Shown: one piece after another, positions 1 to 12,800 of the stretch
Numbering within the stretch: the stretch's first letter is position 1
Layout of the letters: every line of letters starts with the position of its first letter
Source: Catajapyx aquilonaris
Taxonomy: Eukaryota
Reading direction: 5' to 3'
Assembly: GCA_000934665.2 (NCBI GenBank)
Contig: JYFJ02000814.1
Span: forward strand, 1-64,000
Length of the DNA: 64,000 nt
The notes under the pieces: generated by a model
The model's input: the letters and a program-made list of their open reading frames with translations, nothing else
What the model was told of the DNA's origin: nothing
Database searches by the model: none
Position numbers and translations under genes: made by a program

Positions 1-358
1 GGGGGGGGGGGGGCGCAATATATGTCAAACGGCACAGGGCGCCATCTCACCTAACGCCGGCCCTGGCGGCAGGAATAAAACACGCGGAACTGGGCAGAAT
101 ATTTCATGCATTTTAATACCGCAGTTTGGCGTATTTCCAGTAGCATTATTATGAAGCACCCTGTGTATGTGTTGAATTATACATATCACATTTGCATTCC
201 AATTTCGAAAATGTGATAGGCTGTATCAGTGGCGTGCAGGCGAAGGAAGTGAGAGCAATGCTATCGAAAGCTTATTTCACCGATATGCAGAGAGAAGGAA
301 ATGAACTAGTGTTCATACTCATAGTGTTAGAACCAACTGAATATTGAGAAGCCACGAG

Positions 359-1014
359 ATGAAAGCTGCAATTTTGGTCCTTATCGCGGTCCTGACGACA
401 TTTTACACGGAGGTAAATCGATTTGTGCCCAATTTTTTTGGTGTGTACTTACTCGGTACTGTTTACAGGCCGTGTATGTGTCCAGAGAGGATTTGTCGTC
501 GATGGAAATGATGAGAGAAGCGGTTGAATATTGCGAGGAAACACTTACATCGTACACAAACGGGGTATGGTTCGTTTACACTTATTGTAACTTGCTTACA
601 ATGTATACTAATTACAGTGCCTGCAAGAATGCATCATGACCAGAGTAGGCTATGTGAGTACGTACAAAATTTCGTCACATGAACTGTGCACTAATATACT
701 TTATTCAGATGGACGATGATGGCTATCCGAATGTCTACTTGATGACCACCATGGAGTACGATGCTGAGGAAGAGCCAGAATTGTTCAATTGCATGATTTC
801 AGCTACAAACAACTGCTTAGATACAGGTCAGTATGGCACATGTATTCTAAACACCTTACTCGCTTAGTTCGGCGGTGGAGCTTCGCCCCATTCGCGTTAA
901 CCTATTACTTGAAATTTTGCAGTAAAACAAGGAGCCCAAGCCACAGGCTGCTACAAAACCAGAGAAGCACTTCAATGCCAAGCCCTGGCATACAGAGACA
1001 CATGTAACTACTAA
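359..1014 (+). CDS. Odorant-binding-protein-like (PBP/GOBP fold) secreted protein, 131 aa, 5 exons
   Basis: Exons 359-412, 469-564, 618-653, 709-826, 923-1014, all GT-AG and in frame. Product: MKAAILVLIAVLTTFYTEAVYVSREDLSSMEMMREAVEYCEETLTSYTNGCLQECIMTRVGYMDDDGYPNV...FNCMISATNNCLDTVKQGAQATGCYKTREALQCQALAYRDTCNY. Signal peptide, OBP-type C-x3-C and C-x8-C spacing, AATAAA at 1023. Confidence 0.8.
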
Positions 1015-3932
1015 TCCTGACAAATAAAGCGCTTTAAGCTATTGCAGTTGGCCCCCAAACTTTCAGTAACATTGTTTCAACTCGTAAAATGCAGATTACA
1101 GCTTAGCCAGATTTGGTCCCCCGGAACATTTTGGTTGAGAATCCGGGAGCTTCAAAAGCTGGTCATTTGTCCGGGGCAGGACCAGCAGCTGGGCTCCCCT
1201 GGGGTCTCCCTTGGGGCTATTGACAGGCTGGCTTAATTGGAGCTAAATTAACCTATGTGGGGCGGCTCCTTTGAAGTGGCCGGCCAACAGGTGTGGAGAA
1301 GGAGAGGGGAGGGGCACCCTTTCCCTTCATTGGCGATTCGAAACGCTCCCGAGGGACTACTTTTCACTGGACTTGGGAACCTGAAGATTCTTTAAAAAGG
1401 AACCGGGTGTAACAGGACAGATGTACAAAAAAAAATTTAAGATAATTTTGCATAATTTGAACAATTGGCGTGATTCATTGCGCAACATATGAGTGGGTGA
1501 TGAGAGGCAATGTATAGTTGGTGTAAGATTGTGTTGACATGTGAAGGCAGGGGCGGCACCCACAAAGCTAGGCGGCATCCATTTATTTCCACCAAATAGG
1601 TCGAGCCCGCACTTTTACGACGATAAGACTGAGAGGCGCCATCAGAATTATTTTCTAACGTGCTTTCACGTAACAGTTTGGATAATACAGGTAAGTTTGC
1701 TGAATATAATATTTTAAAAATAATAATATAATTTGGGGGCCAATTAACCAACAATGCAAACGAATGAGGTGACGACACCTCCAAATATGTAAATATGTGG
1801 CGCGAGAAACCAGCCCTAAACATAATAAAAAATTAGATTTAAGATGGGGGTAGGGGGGGATGAGAGGGGCGTGAATGAAAATTTTTGCTTAAGTAACCTG
1901 GGGCATGAGTTGGGCAGGTTGGCGGTATAGGTGGGTGGGGTGGGGGGTGGAAATAAATGGACTCCCAGATTCAACCATGTTATTTCATTGACTTCTACGA
2001 ACAGGTTATGTGAGCTGAGAAACATGCGGTGCAGAGATGTAAGGAGGCCGCGTTTGCAGCGATTGAAAAGCCGGGCTTGTAATCTAGCTCCTTTCCCGCC
2101 TTCATGGGCCCCCATTCCCCCCAATGCCAGATGGGCGCGGGCCAACCAGGTACTTCACTGCATGATTGATCACTGACTCAGCTCGTTTTTACTCGCTATA
2201 CCAACCCCTGGTGTTCAGTACAGTCTACAGCAAGTTAGGATGAACTACAGCCATATTTGGTCTGGATTCAAAATGGCCGCCCCATCATATTGTGTGGCCT
2301 ACCTTCCCAGAACGTATGTCACTATTATCCAATTAGCATTATTAACCCATTTTAATCAAAATATTAATGCAGTGTATAATAACAACAATAATAGTTATTA
2401 TTACTATTATTATTGTTATTATACATTGCATTAATATTTTGATTAAAATGGACTAACAATGCAAATAGTCATCCAATGTATGTGACACAATAAATATCCA
2501 ACTTCTGCATTATGATTGGTCCACTGCCACATGGGGATTCCCCAACTTGCTGCATATGGCATTTTATTTACAACGTACTTGCGACATGTGGTTCCAGTGT
2601 GTGTGGGTGTATGTGTCTCTGGTTGTACATAATCCTCTGAGCCAGGATTGGTAGGACTGGTCTGGTTGCACCTGAAAAGCGCCGCCGCTTCTTCCCACGT
2701 GACACACCAGCAGGGCATGCCCACGGTGGGAAGGAAGGAAGGAGGACTGGCTTGGCTCATTCAGGCACCCACGGGCCTCAGGAGGAGTCGTGTCCTCCAG
2801 CACAGTGGTTCCTGCCTATCTGTGTACGGAAGATGAGCACGGTTGTACCAAGAGACAAGGCATAGCAGGGTTGACCAGGTCAGTATAGTGCAAGTGCAGT
2901 GATAGTTCAAAATGGGTTTACAATTTGTGAACATTACTTGAGGACATTTCAACGAAAATGTTGCAATTACCTGAGGCAATATACTAAGTGCATACTTTGC
3001 CAAATTCTGGAATTGAAGCGACGAATGTTTCCCTATTCACTCCAACATCCCTTTAGAGTTCCCTGGTCCAATTTCCTGAGCACACTTCTCAAAAGGGTGC
3101 TCCTGAGGAATGAGAGATAGGAGCTCTCTCCCGGAATAGGTTCATCCACTTCCCTATTATTCCCGCGGGAGCGGGTGTGAATTTTACATGTCCTGCTGCC
3201 GCTTTTACTGGCCTACCCAGTTGGAAGAGATTGAATTTTGTAGAGGGAAATGTAGCTTGAATTATCACCATGCTGTAAACGAAAACGTCAAATAATTAAA
3301 TTAAATTAACTGGTTGCGCCCCCCCCCCCCCACTATGGAACGCTATAGTTCCCTTTGGGGGGAGTATTAATTGATTTAATTTAATTTGAAATTAACTGGT
3401 TGAACAGATGAACCAGTTTGTGTACTTACTATTGTTCTAAGTGTTGACTGGCCATACATGCATCATGGGTGCCGCCATTTTTGGTTCATCTGCTTACGAT
3501 GATGCAACGGTCAGCATCTGCGTCACCTGTCACCTGTAAGGTCATCTTGTTGGTCATGTTAAGAAATGGGCAGTGGGCCCGAATTTCTCGGGAATATTTG
3601 CCGGCTGTCAGCAAACACCTCTTGGCGGCCCAGTGGGCTTAATGAGTAGAACCGGTACGAAACCAGCTTGTTTATGATAAATTTCTGCGTTATGCTGCTC
3701 ACGTTTGCCGGCCCCTGTCAACAATCCCCATGATACGCCTCCGCGGCAAATTACCACCTGTAACAAATTGTCCCAGAGAATTACTTAAGGCCGCAAATTA
3801 ATTTTTATCCCCACCCCCAATAACTTGTTAGCAAACGGCGGGAAAAGCTGCTAACACGTGGTTAAATTATGAAATTGTACATTCAACGTAATCATATTTT
3901 AATTATTTATTCATTTTACTGCTAATTAGATT

Positions 3933-4329
3933 GGGTGGAATTTTCGTCCCACTGCGCTACTGCTAATTTACAAATACCGGTGTTGGCACTGGTGCTGCTA
4001 AGTTTGTGACATTGCGCGAGTGCACGTTAAAGATCCCCAGAGTGGCCAAATTTCCAGGAGGAGGACCACCCCCTCTCGTCGGTGTTGAGCCTTGCGGCTG
4101 AAGAGTAAAAGGTTCTGCTAAGTTAGCAGTAACTAGCAGTGGGACGAAAATTCGACGCATTATTTATAGCTACAATTTTCTACAGCTTGTGCATGATTGA
4201 TTTAACAGTTATTATCTTATTTACCGTTTTATTTTTATTTTTTATTTGTTCATTTTATTAACATGGGGTGGAATTTTCGTCCCACTGCTAACTTCGCAGT
4301 AACTAGCAGTGGGTCGAAAATTCCACCCA
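3933..4329. mobile_element. Two adjacent copies of a TIR MITE family
   Basis: GGGTGGAATTTTCGTCCCACTGC ... GCAGTGGG(A/T)CGAAAATTC at 3933-4155 and 4266-4329. Confidence 0.65.
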
Positions 4330-6878
4330 TGCTAATAGCTAGGCAAATAATTTAAAATCATTACATTACAATAAAATTACATTGGTACGCGAGAGTTATG
4401 TCAGTACGGTATTCAGGACGTACTGTATCGCACTCGTTCGTGACGTCAAAGTAATCGAATGCCTAGAGTTGCGATTGGCTATCAGCTTGGAAATGGGCGT
4501 GGCTTCCATTCGTTAGTCGAATGAGACTCTCGGTCACAATCAACCGAGCCGGCCTGGTGTGCGTTAACTTTTGATACATCCGGTACCCTGTTATGCATGC
4601 CACGCGTGCTGTCGCAGGTCCCCACGTGTGGCGCCGTGCTGCGTCACATGCGTCACATTTCACATACGCTTCCTGGCTGTGAGGTCGAAGCTAGGGCAGC
4701 CCCCTGGCAAGGATCTGCCCATACTAGGCACCGCACTGGCGGCACCGTGAGAAGGACCATAATAATTTGTACATAAAAAGGCACAGGGCATTCAACTAAA
4801 TCCTCATCGTAGCAGGGTTGCCAGGTACGGACGTCAGGTAACGCCTCCACCTCGTTAGCCCCAGCATCATCTCCACTTAGCCCGGAATTCCATCACAAAA
4901 AGACACTCACAGATACGTGCCTAAAATTGTCAACCATTGCCCTAAACTGTCATGGCGGCTTGGTGTTGCGCATGCGCATCAAAATTTACGACCCCGCCCT
5001 TTTGCGGAATCGACCATTTATCCAGGTGGTTTTTACCTGGCTGCCATCAGCGGCACCTTTTGTGGACCGCGGGATGAAGCAGCTTTTGATACGGCCTCCA
5101 ATGCCCCGCTTTATCGGCACCGCAATTTATAGCCAAAGTTTCTCCAAGGTTTTTTTTAAAACTATTACCACCCACCCTGTAGGGGACACTCGCCCACTAA
5201 CCTCTAACACCTGCTTAGCCACCTTTTGAGTACTGTAAAAAAAAAAGGTGAGTGCGACTGGTAACCTTGCACATTTGTTAGGGTAATATATTCGTCTTGG
5301 TTGACTTCCACGTCTTGTCAGCGACGAATTAACAAATCACACCGACAGCTCTGGGTGGAAACGAGTGTCCTAACCGGTACGCTTTCACTCAAAAAATAAT
5401 AAAAAAAAAGAAAAACTTGTCGCCCACCGGGTGGTACAGCGCCTATAGGGTGACACGGATTCTCGAGCAATTACCTTCAAGGTCATCTCGACTGCATAGG
5501 TTGCAGGCGGCGGGGGCCACAAAGGATGTAAATCAGGCAAGGATAAATAGTCGTGTACGTGCGAGGGTACACTAATTATTCCACTTTGACGTGATAAGTA
5601 TGCGGGGGAGATAGTAAGAGGGGGGGAAGAAAAGACTCAATGTGGTTAGGTTGCACTTTTTTGCCGGTAGGGGGTGGGTTGGTTGCAACTGGGACAACCT
5701 TGACTGACATATGCCGCTTCTTAATTGGACAGGTCGCTGACGCGACTAATTTGTCATTTTATCGGGTCGGCAATTAGAGGTGGGTAGTGGACTGGCCTTG
5801 ACCTTGTGAGTTGTGTTTATAAACGTTGAACTAGGCAATAAAATGTGGGTGACATGCAGCGCCTCTGGTGGGGAGTGCGACGAATCTGTTTTTCCCGGAA
5901 CTGTCATGGGGCCATTTTTGGCCCGATTCAGCTATGAAGGCGACATTAATCAACAAAAACGCGTTTAAAATCCACTGTTCTTCCGATTATCCGGGCTAAT
6001 AGCTGCACGGGGTGTCGCCGTATAATAAACATGGATAATCGGAACATGGTCCTAGATACCGTAAAATGAGCTATTCACATATTTTTAACGATTGTACTTA
6101 CTGTATTCTGATTTAAATAAAATTTAATGAAAATTAGCACAAATATTCTTAAAATTTTAGATTGCCTTCTGGAAAAAGTCGGTCACGTGGTGACGGGGGT
6201 GTTTATGGAGGTTCGGACCGCGGACCCTAGAGGGGGTTAGGGAGGCTCTTGCAATGGTCAGTAGGTGGAGGATTTCTTTGTTGACACTTTTTCGGACTTT
6301 TTTTAAAGCCATGCACGGATAATCCGCACCCGGATTATCGGGAGTACATTAGCACATTTAGCATTTCAATTAGTCGATATATCAGGCAGACGTGCGAAAC
6401 TACCGACCAAAATGGCGGCTTCCACAAACACTACATCTCATGATCGTGTATGAGTAACATCCAGCACTATCCGCCATATTGCTCTGGACCAAACATGGCG
6501 GCACACACACATCCATTTTTTTTAATCTTTATGGACCATATACCCGTCCGATTAGAAAGTTACGGACAGTGTTGAACGATACGGGATTTAGTGGTGTTGC
6601 GGCGCCCCTTATATTCGTTCCATCCAGCATAGCAGCATAGGAACGGCTACTTCAAAGGGCCCGGAAGTAAACCGGCACTCTGCCTGGTGCTGATAACCTG
6701 TCATTTTTATGCCTTTACTCTTCACCCGCCGCGCTTGGTAATTTTCCCGCGCAAAACAACGTGGGCTGACCCAACCAAGCCAGCCAACCACACGGTCATT
6801 ACAACACTTCATGGCCCCTACTATACAGCACGGATCGTCGTTCCAGCTTTACAGATTTTGGCTGCTGCTGGACCAAAG

Positions 6879-9800
6879 ATGATTGGTGGTCTGCTAGTCA
6901 CTGTCTGCTGGCTACTATGCGGGGGAGTCAGCGACATTGGAGCCAGACCCTCCACTCCTAGACCTGAAACTGTGGACACCCTGCTCAACTCTAACCTCCT
7001 CTCACGATTGGTCAACGACAATGGTGAGGGAATACCATCTGACACCGTGCGCAAGTTGGCACAGGTGAGTCGACAATTTTCAGCCATTTTCGCGCAGTCA
7101 CGCTGGACCCTCTCAAAAAAATTATTATATAAATACAGTTGACTCCGGATATAACAGACTTCAAGGGACCGCGGAAAAAGTCTGGCGTCTGTTATAGCCA
7201 AATCGCCACTTTTGCAACGACTCACGTTTTTTCCCTTTCCATATGCTTATAATGCACACTACCGCATTTATTAACGAAACTATATCCACAAAAGTGCAAA
7301 ATTAGCTGACACCTAAATTAGGCACAGGACCTTATTTTCTTCTACCGTCTCGTTTTTGGCAAATATATCCGAAAAAGTATGATTTTGAGTAGCTTAGATC
7401 AGTGACAGATGCGAAAATCAACCCTCTCCTGTATTATCTGCCTTTCTACACGTGGGAAATGAAGTTGACTAATCAAAAACAGCACATTTTCACGCCGAGG
7501 GGGCAAAAAGTGGTCTGTTATAACCGATGTGGGGTGAAAATGAGTGTTATGGAGTAAAAACACAGGCCTTATGAAGTATTCCTGGACCGGCCTTTCGAGT
7601 CTGTTATAACCGAGGCTGTTATATCAGGAGTCAACTGTATTTTTAGTCCTACGCGAAAAGTTTCCTCATCGTTCGAGGCGTATGGTGACGTACATGTATG
7701 TTATAGCCGAGGTGGGGTGAAAATGAGTCTGTAAGGAGTAAAAGTACACGTGGCCTTATGGAAGTATTCCAGAACCGACCTTTCGAGTCAGCTATAACCG
7801 AAGCTGTTATTATCATGAGTAAAAATACATAAGGTCTTATGGAAGTATTCCAGGACCGGACTTTCGAGTCTGCTATAACCGAGGCTGTTATATCAGGAGT
7901 CAACAGTATTTTTAGTCCTACGCGATCCTCAGCGTTCGGGGCGTATCGTGACGTACAGGTTACGTCGTGATACGCCACGAACGCTGAGGATACGTATCCT
8001 CAGGCCCTCAGGATCCTACGAGGATACGTATATCAGCGTTCGCGGCGTATCGTGACGAACAGGTAGTCGCGATACGCCGCGCCGCTATCCTCCACGAACG
8101 CTGAGGATACGTGTGCGCAGAACGTGAGTGGAGAAGCCCATCTGCGCATACGTCCGTAATGTACCTCATACAGTTAGCACACCGGATCAGAAAAATAATG
8201 AAAGGGCAGAGTGAGGGCCCAGTGGCAGTGTTGACCAGGCAGCCTAATGACAGCTGGTGGCGGGCCTGGAATATGCCCCCCCTTCTCCTCCAAAAAAACA
8301 GGCAGCCAGGGTAGGGATGTCTGCCCGGGGCGTTTTCGGTAGCTGCCGTAATTCGGCAAGGCAAGCCGCTCCCGAGCACGCCTCCGCCTTTTTCTTGCCC
8401 ATGCCGACACACCGCTTTTCTTGCTCATCATCATCATGCCCACCTGCTTCTACCTGGCCATAGACCTTGGCTATATTCCCCACCATTTTTGACCACAAAA
8501 CTCGTATTTGCAACTCGCCTTCTTTTCTTTTCTTTTTTTCTTTCTTTCCTGGAACCTGAATAATCCCTTGATGAAACGCTGCCCTTCAGCTGCCCCCTCC
8601 TTTTGGCCCCCACCTCCCTTGGACGAAGCCGCCCATCCTTAATTCCCTTCTTTTGAACTGGTGCCGCCATTTCATCTCACCTCAAGCTCGCCTTTTGCTT
8701 CCAAACGAGCCTTGGCAGGCAGGCCCCAGGAAGGAGGTGCAACCCCTCCAACTGGGTATTACAAAAACGGAGGGGTTTTTTAATATTATGATACTTTTGG
8801 TGGATGCATAATATGTGACGTTATATATTTTTTCAGAGTCTGTACAAATGCGGCGTGCGGCCTAACCAAGGACTTAGACGTGTTTTGATGCCCAGGAGCA
8901 ACGCTACCTGTAATGATGGATCACCCTCTGGGTAGGTGGACTTAAACGACAAAGTTCAGTTAACAAGTTAGGATGTGTCAGGTTGACCTTTGCTCTGTAC
9001 AGTGCAGTGGTGGAAATTAATGGATAAGCACAAGTATCGCCTCCTGGCGGAGCTTTTTCTTTAATGAAGCAGCTTCGTGTAAACTGTAAAGGAAAAACTC
9101 CGCCAGGAGGCGATACTTGAGCTTCCCCAGAAATCCACCACTGTACACTGCATGATCGCCACGAGTTTGCCTGAAAATCTGCAGAATCGTCACGAATTGA
9201 TCCAGTCTAGTTTAATGCCCGGGTGTGTGTGNGGGGGGGGGGGGGGGAGCCCCCCCCCCCCTTCGTAAAGCGAGTTTGTCACTAAACTGCTAAAAATTAA
9301 CTAGAAAAATATGAGGAAACAAGGTTCGTGGGCGTTCAGCAGTATGTGCAGGCTAACGAAATTCCGTTTTTAATCGTTTTCTCGCCAAATATTCACTATT
9401 ATGCCGTTTTCTAGTCAGCTGCACTAATTTTGTAGGTAAACTGCTGGAATTTGACCAGTTCATTGCTATTCGGCACTAAATGCAGTAGGTCTAATGAAAT
9501 TAGTTTTTTTATCGTTTTCCCCGCTGTTTTTAGCCAGTTGCATCAATTTTTCACATACTGCCGGAATTTGACCAGAAAAGTATGATAAAACCATGTTAGT
9601 TGCTATTCTGCACTAAATGCAGACAAATGAAATTATGTTTTTATCGTTTTTATCGCAAAATATGCTGTTTTCTAGATAGTTGCACCAATTTTGCACCTAA
9701 ACGGTCCATATTTGACTATAGAAAAATGACTAGAAAACAGTGTCAGTCTGTTAGTTGCCATTCTGCACTAAATGCAGGCCAATTCGTTTTTTAATCGTTT

Positions 9801-12800
9801 TTCTCGCAAAATATTCACCACAACGCCGTTTTTAGCCAGTTGCACCAAAATTTGACTTGAAAAGTACGATAAAACCGTACTCGTTGCCAATTTGCACTAA
9901 ATGCAGACAAACGAAATTCCGTTTTTTCCTCGTTTTTTCCAGCAGAATATTCACTTTCAGTGACACCGGTTGTGACACGGGGTCAGAACCACCGTCCTGG
10001 AAAATTCTTGCCCAGTAAATGAGCCCCCCACTGGCCCGCCTTACCCTGGCCATTCCTCTTTTCCCAGCAGGCTCTCTCTCTCCTTTTTCTTATCGGGGCG
10101 GCCTTTCTCTTTCATCTCTTGGGGGAGCCTCAGCCCCCACCGTCTCCTCTAGCAACCCCCCCTGGAGGGGCCCTGGTTATCGTTCATCGGGCTGGATAAT
10201 CAGGCGCGGGGCCCCTGCCCAAAAGTCCTTTTTCATTCGGAGCCAGATCCTAATTTGATTCCTGGCGCCGAAGGGGAAGATGAAGCCTCCTTCTATTCAA
10301 GGGCGAAAAAAAATATTCGGCAAATTTTTTGACCAGTAGGTGTCAGTCCTGGATGTGCGGAAATCGTGCGGACTCGCGTCCCCTGCGGGTCCCTGTCGCA
10401 AGCCTAGCTTGATTGTGGGGCCAATCAGGCATTAATTTGTAGGTGGACTAAAGCCGTGACTGATCTTCCCTCTGCCTCGAGGGCATGTCGGCTCCTTTTT
10501 GGTGAGGCTCTGGGTTTATTATGCCGGGGATGTGGCCCAAGCTGTGGCCGGCCGCTGTGTTTGCTTACTCGGCACTCTGTCTCGGACGGTCATTTATTTC
10601 CCCCTGGTTTAACCCCTTGGACGTCAGGAAATGAGGCTGCCGCTGCTGGACCTTGTCGTGACTAGGGCACACAATGATATAAATTTCGGAGATATATACT
10701 AAAAGCACCTCAAATTTTTTTATATAGCATATAAAAGACTAGGCGGACCCGTTCGCAAAAATGAGCGAAGCTTGCAAATATAGCGCCATGTGTGGTGGCG
10801 TGACATGAAACACCAATAATAAACTTTAATTTTGGGCAATTAAACTCAAAAAACGTGCAGTTTTCGGACTTTTCCCTCAATCAGTGGCACATACATCAGT
10901 GTGCCAAATTTCAGCACTCTCAGATATGTGGAAGTGGCCTGCACAAACATACATAGATATGTACAGTCCCGAGCATAAAGTTGGAGACGCTGCGGGCCTT
11001 CTATGACCTTCCATTATCCGACTCATATTAATGGACTCTTGTTGGACCCATCAGTTAGTGTTCGTGTATTTGATCGTGTGGCGGGGATTTGCAGAGCATC
11101 CTGCCGTCTCCTACTTTATGCTCGAGATTGTACAAACTTTCATGCTATATAGAGATTGTAAATGTTATCTGTTTTCAGATATTACATCAGAAAGTCGCAT
11201 GGAAGTAAGCGGTGGATCGTATTTCTCGAAGGTGCGTATTTCACATTGCTATAGTGCTGATGGCTCTTCAGATTTGAACTACTGTATTTAATTGTAATTA
11301 TGTACGTCACAGGCGGATGGTATTGCTACGATCATCGTAGTTGCCAGAAGAGGTGGATGATCCTCCGTTCCTACATGTCCTCCACAACATGGCCCGAATA
11401 CCGCTACGGTAAGCGTGAAATGTCCAATTTTCGGTACAGTGTATTTACCCTCTTTTTTTATATTTATTACAGTGGCTGGAGTGCTTTCACCCGACCCGGA
11501 AGAAAACCCCTACTGGTGGAACGCCAACCACGTGTAAGCCCCATCGGTTTTTACCTAGTCATAGATCGCTCTATTGGTAATACTAGTAGACATCGATTTA
11601 TTGAATGGATACAAGGCCGGACACATTTGGTCAAATGGGACATACCTGTGATCCTCCTGTTCTTGCAGGTTCATCCCATACTGTTCCAGCGACTCTTGGA
11701 GCGGAGACGCCCCTTCCAGTTCCTCAGGGGAGTACTCTTTCATGGGCTCCAGGATAGTGGAGGAAGTCGTCAAGGACCTGGTACGACAGGGATTACGGAA
11801 CGACACTCGTCTCATCTTGGCTGGAAGCAGGTATAAAAGGCGGCCGGATTTTCCTCTCAGACGTGGAATGACATATCCTCTTCGTGTGTCTCTTCTGTGG
11901 CGGGGTAATCTCCTGCGGCCATTGTCGACAAAGAGATTTTCTGGTTCTGGCGGGGGAGGGAGGGGGGGAGGGATTAGGGCCGGAAATGATGGGGGATTCG
12001 GGAATATCCCTTCCAGCCGCCATGGCTGGATCAAGGGGCCGTTTGGGACACCTGCGACCCCCTGAAATTGAAACTGGTGGGAAGCGGGTGTTATTGTTGA
12101 GCCTATTTTTGGACTGGGGAATGTGCCTCCACAACTTATCCCCAGGTTGTCATCCTCTTCAAATGGGGACTTGGGGCAGTGCTCCACCCTGTAGGGACAG
12201 ATTAAATGGGAGTGTTTGCATGAGAATGAAGTTCTTTACATGTGAATAATTTTCAATAGAATTTTCGAAATTGGCTATGTCACAAAATCAATGTCTACAT
12301 ATCAAATTATCATATCCATAATTTTGTCGTTACAGTGCGGGAGGGACTGGAGTGATTCTCAACTTGGACAGGGTAGCGGACCTCTTGAGTGCAAAGAGGC
12401 TCCGCGTGGATGTGAGAGGTGTAGCGGATTCAGGATGGTTTTTGGACAACCCACCTTTTGCGCCTATTGAGTGTATGGGGCAGCATCCTTGTGCACCCAT
12501 TGATAGTGTCAAAATGGGTATGACGCTCTGGAACTCCAGGCTGCCATCAAAGTGTCGCAGGTCGTACCCTGATGAACCTTGGAGGTGCTTCTTTGGGTAC
12601 AGGGTGTATCCAACCTTGAAAGGTATGTGTTCTTAACATAGGTTATTTCTCACTGCAGGCGATTACTGTAATAATAACTATTGCTTTATTTGCCAGCACC
12701 GTTATTTGTTTTCCAATGGCTATTTGACGAGGCTCAAATGATGGCTGATGTGGGAGCTCCTGTCACCAAGGAGCAGTGGAATTACATACACAAAATGGGC

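Noticed and set aside
8434..8670. Minus-strand Lys/Arg-rich ORF MAAPVQKK in Notum intron 1
   Set aside because: Low complexity from a pyrimidine tract; no homology recognised and no splice support.
12022..12076. GCCGCCATGG with a phase-1 donor (G|gtggga) in Notum intron 6 that would splice in frame to MSH2 exon 2, implying interleaved genes
   Set aside because: A simpler phase-1 exon (16125-16170) in a CpG-rich stretch after the Notum poly(A) signal explains the MSH2 start. Revisit only if junction reads appear.
11555..12187. 210-aa minus-strand ORF
   Set aside because: Antisense to Notum exon 6 and a G-rich intron; no motif.
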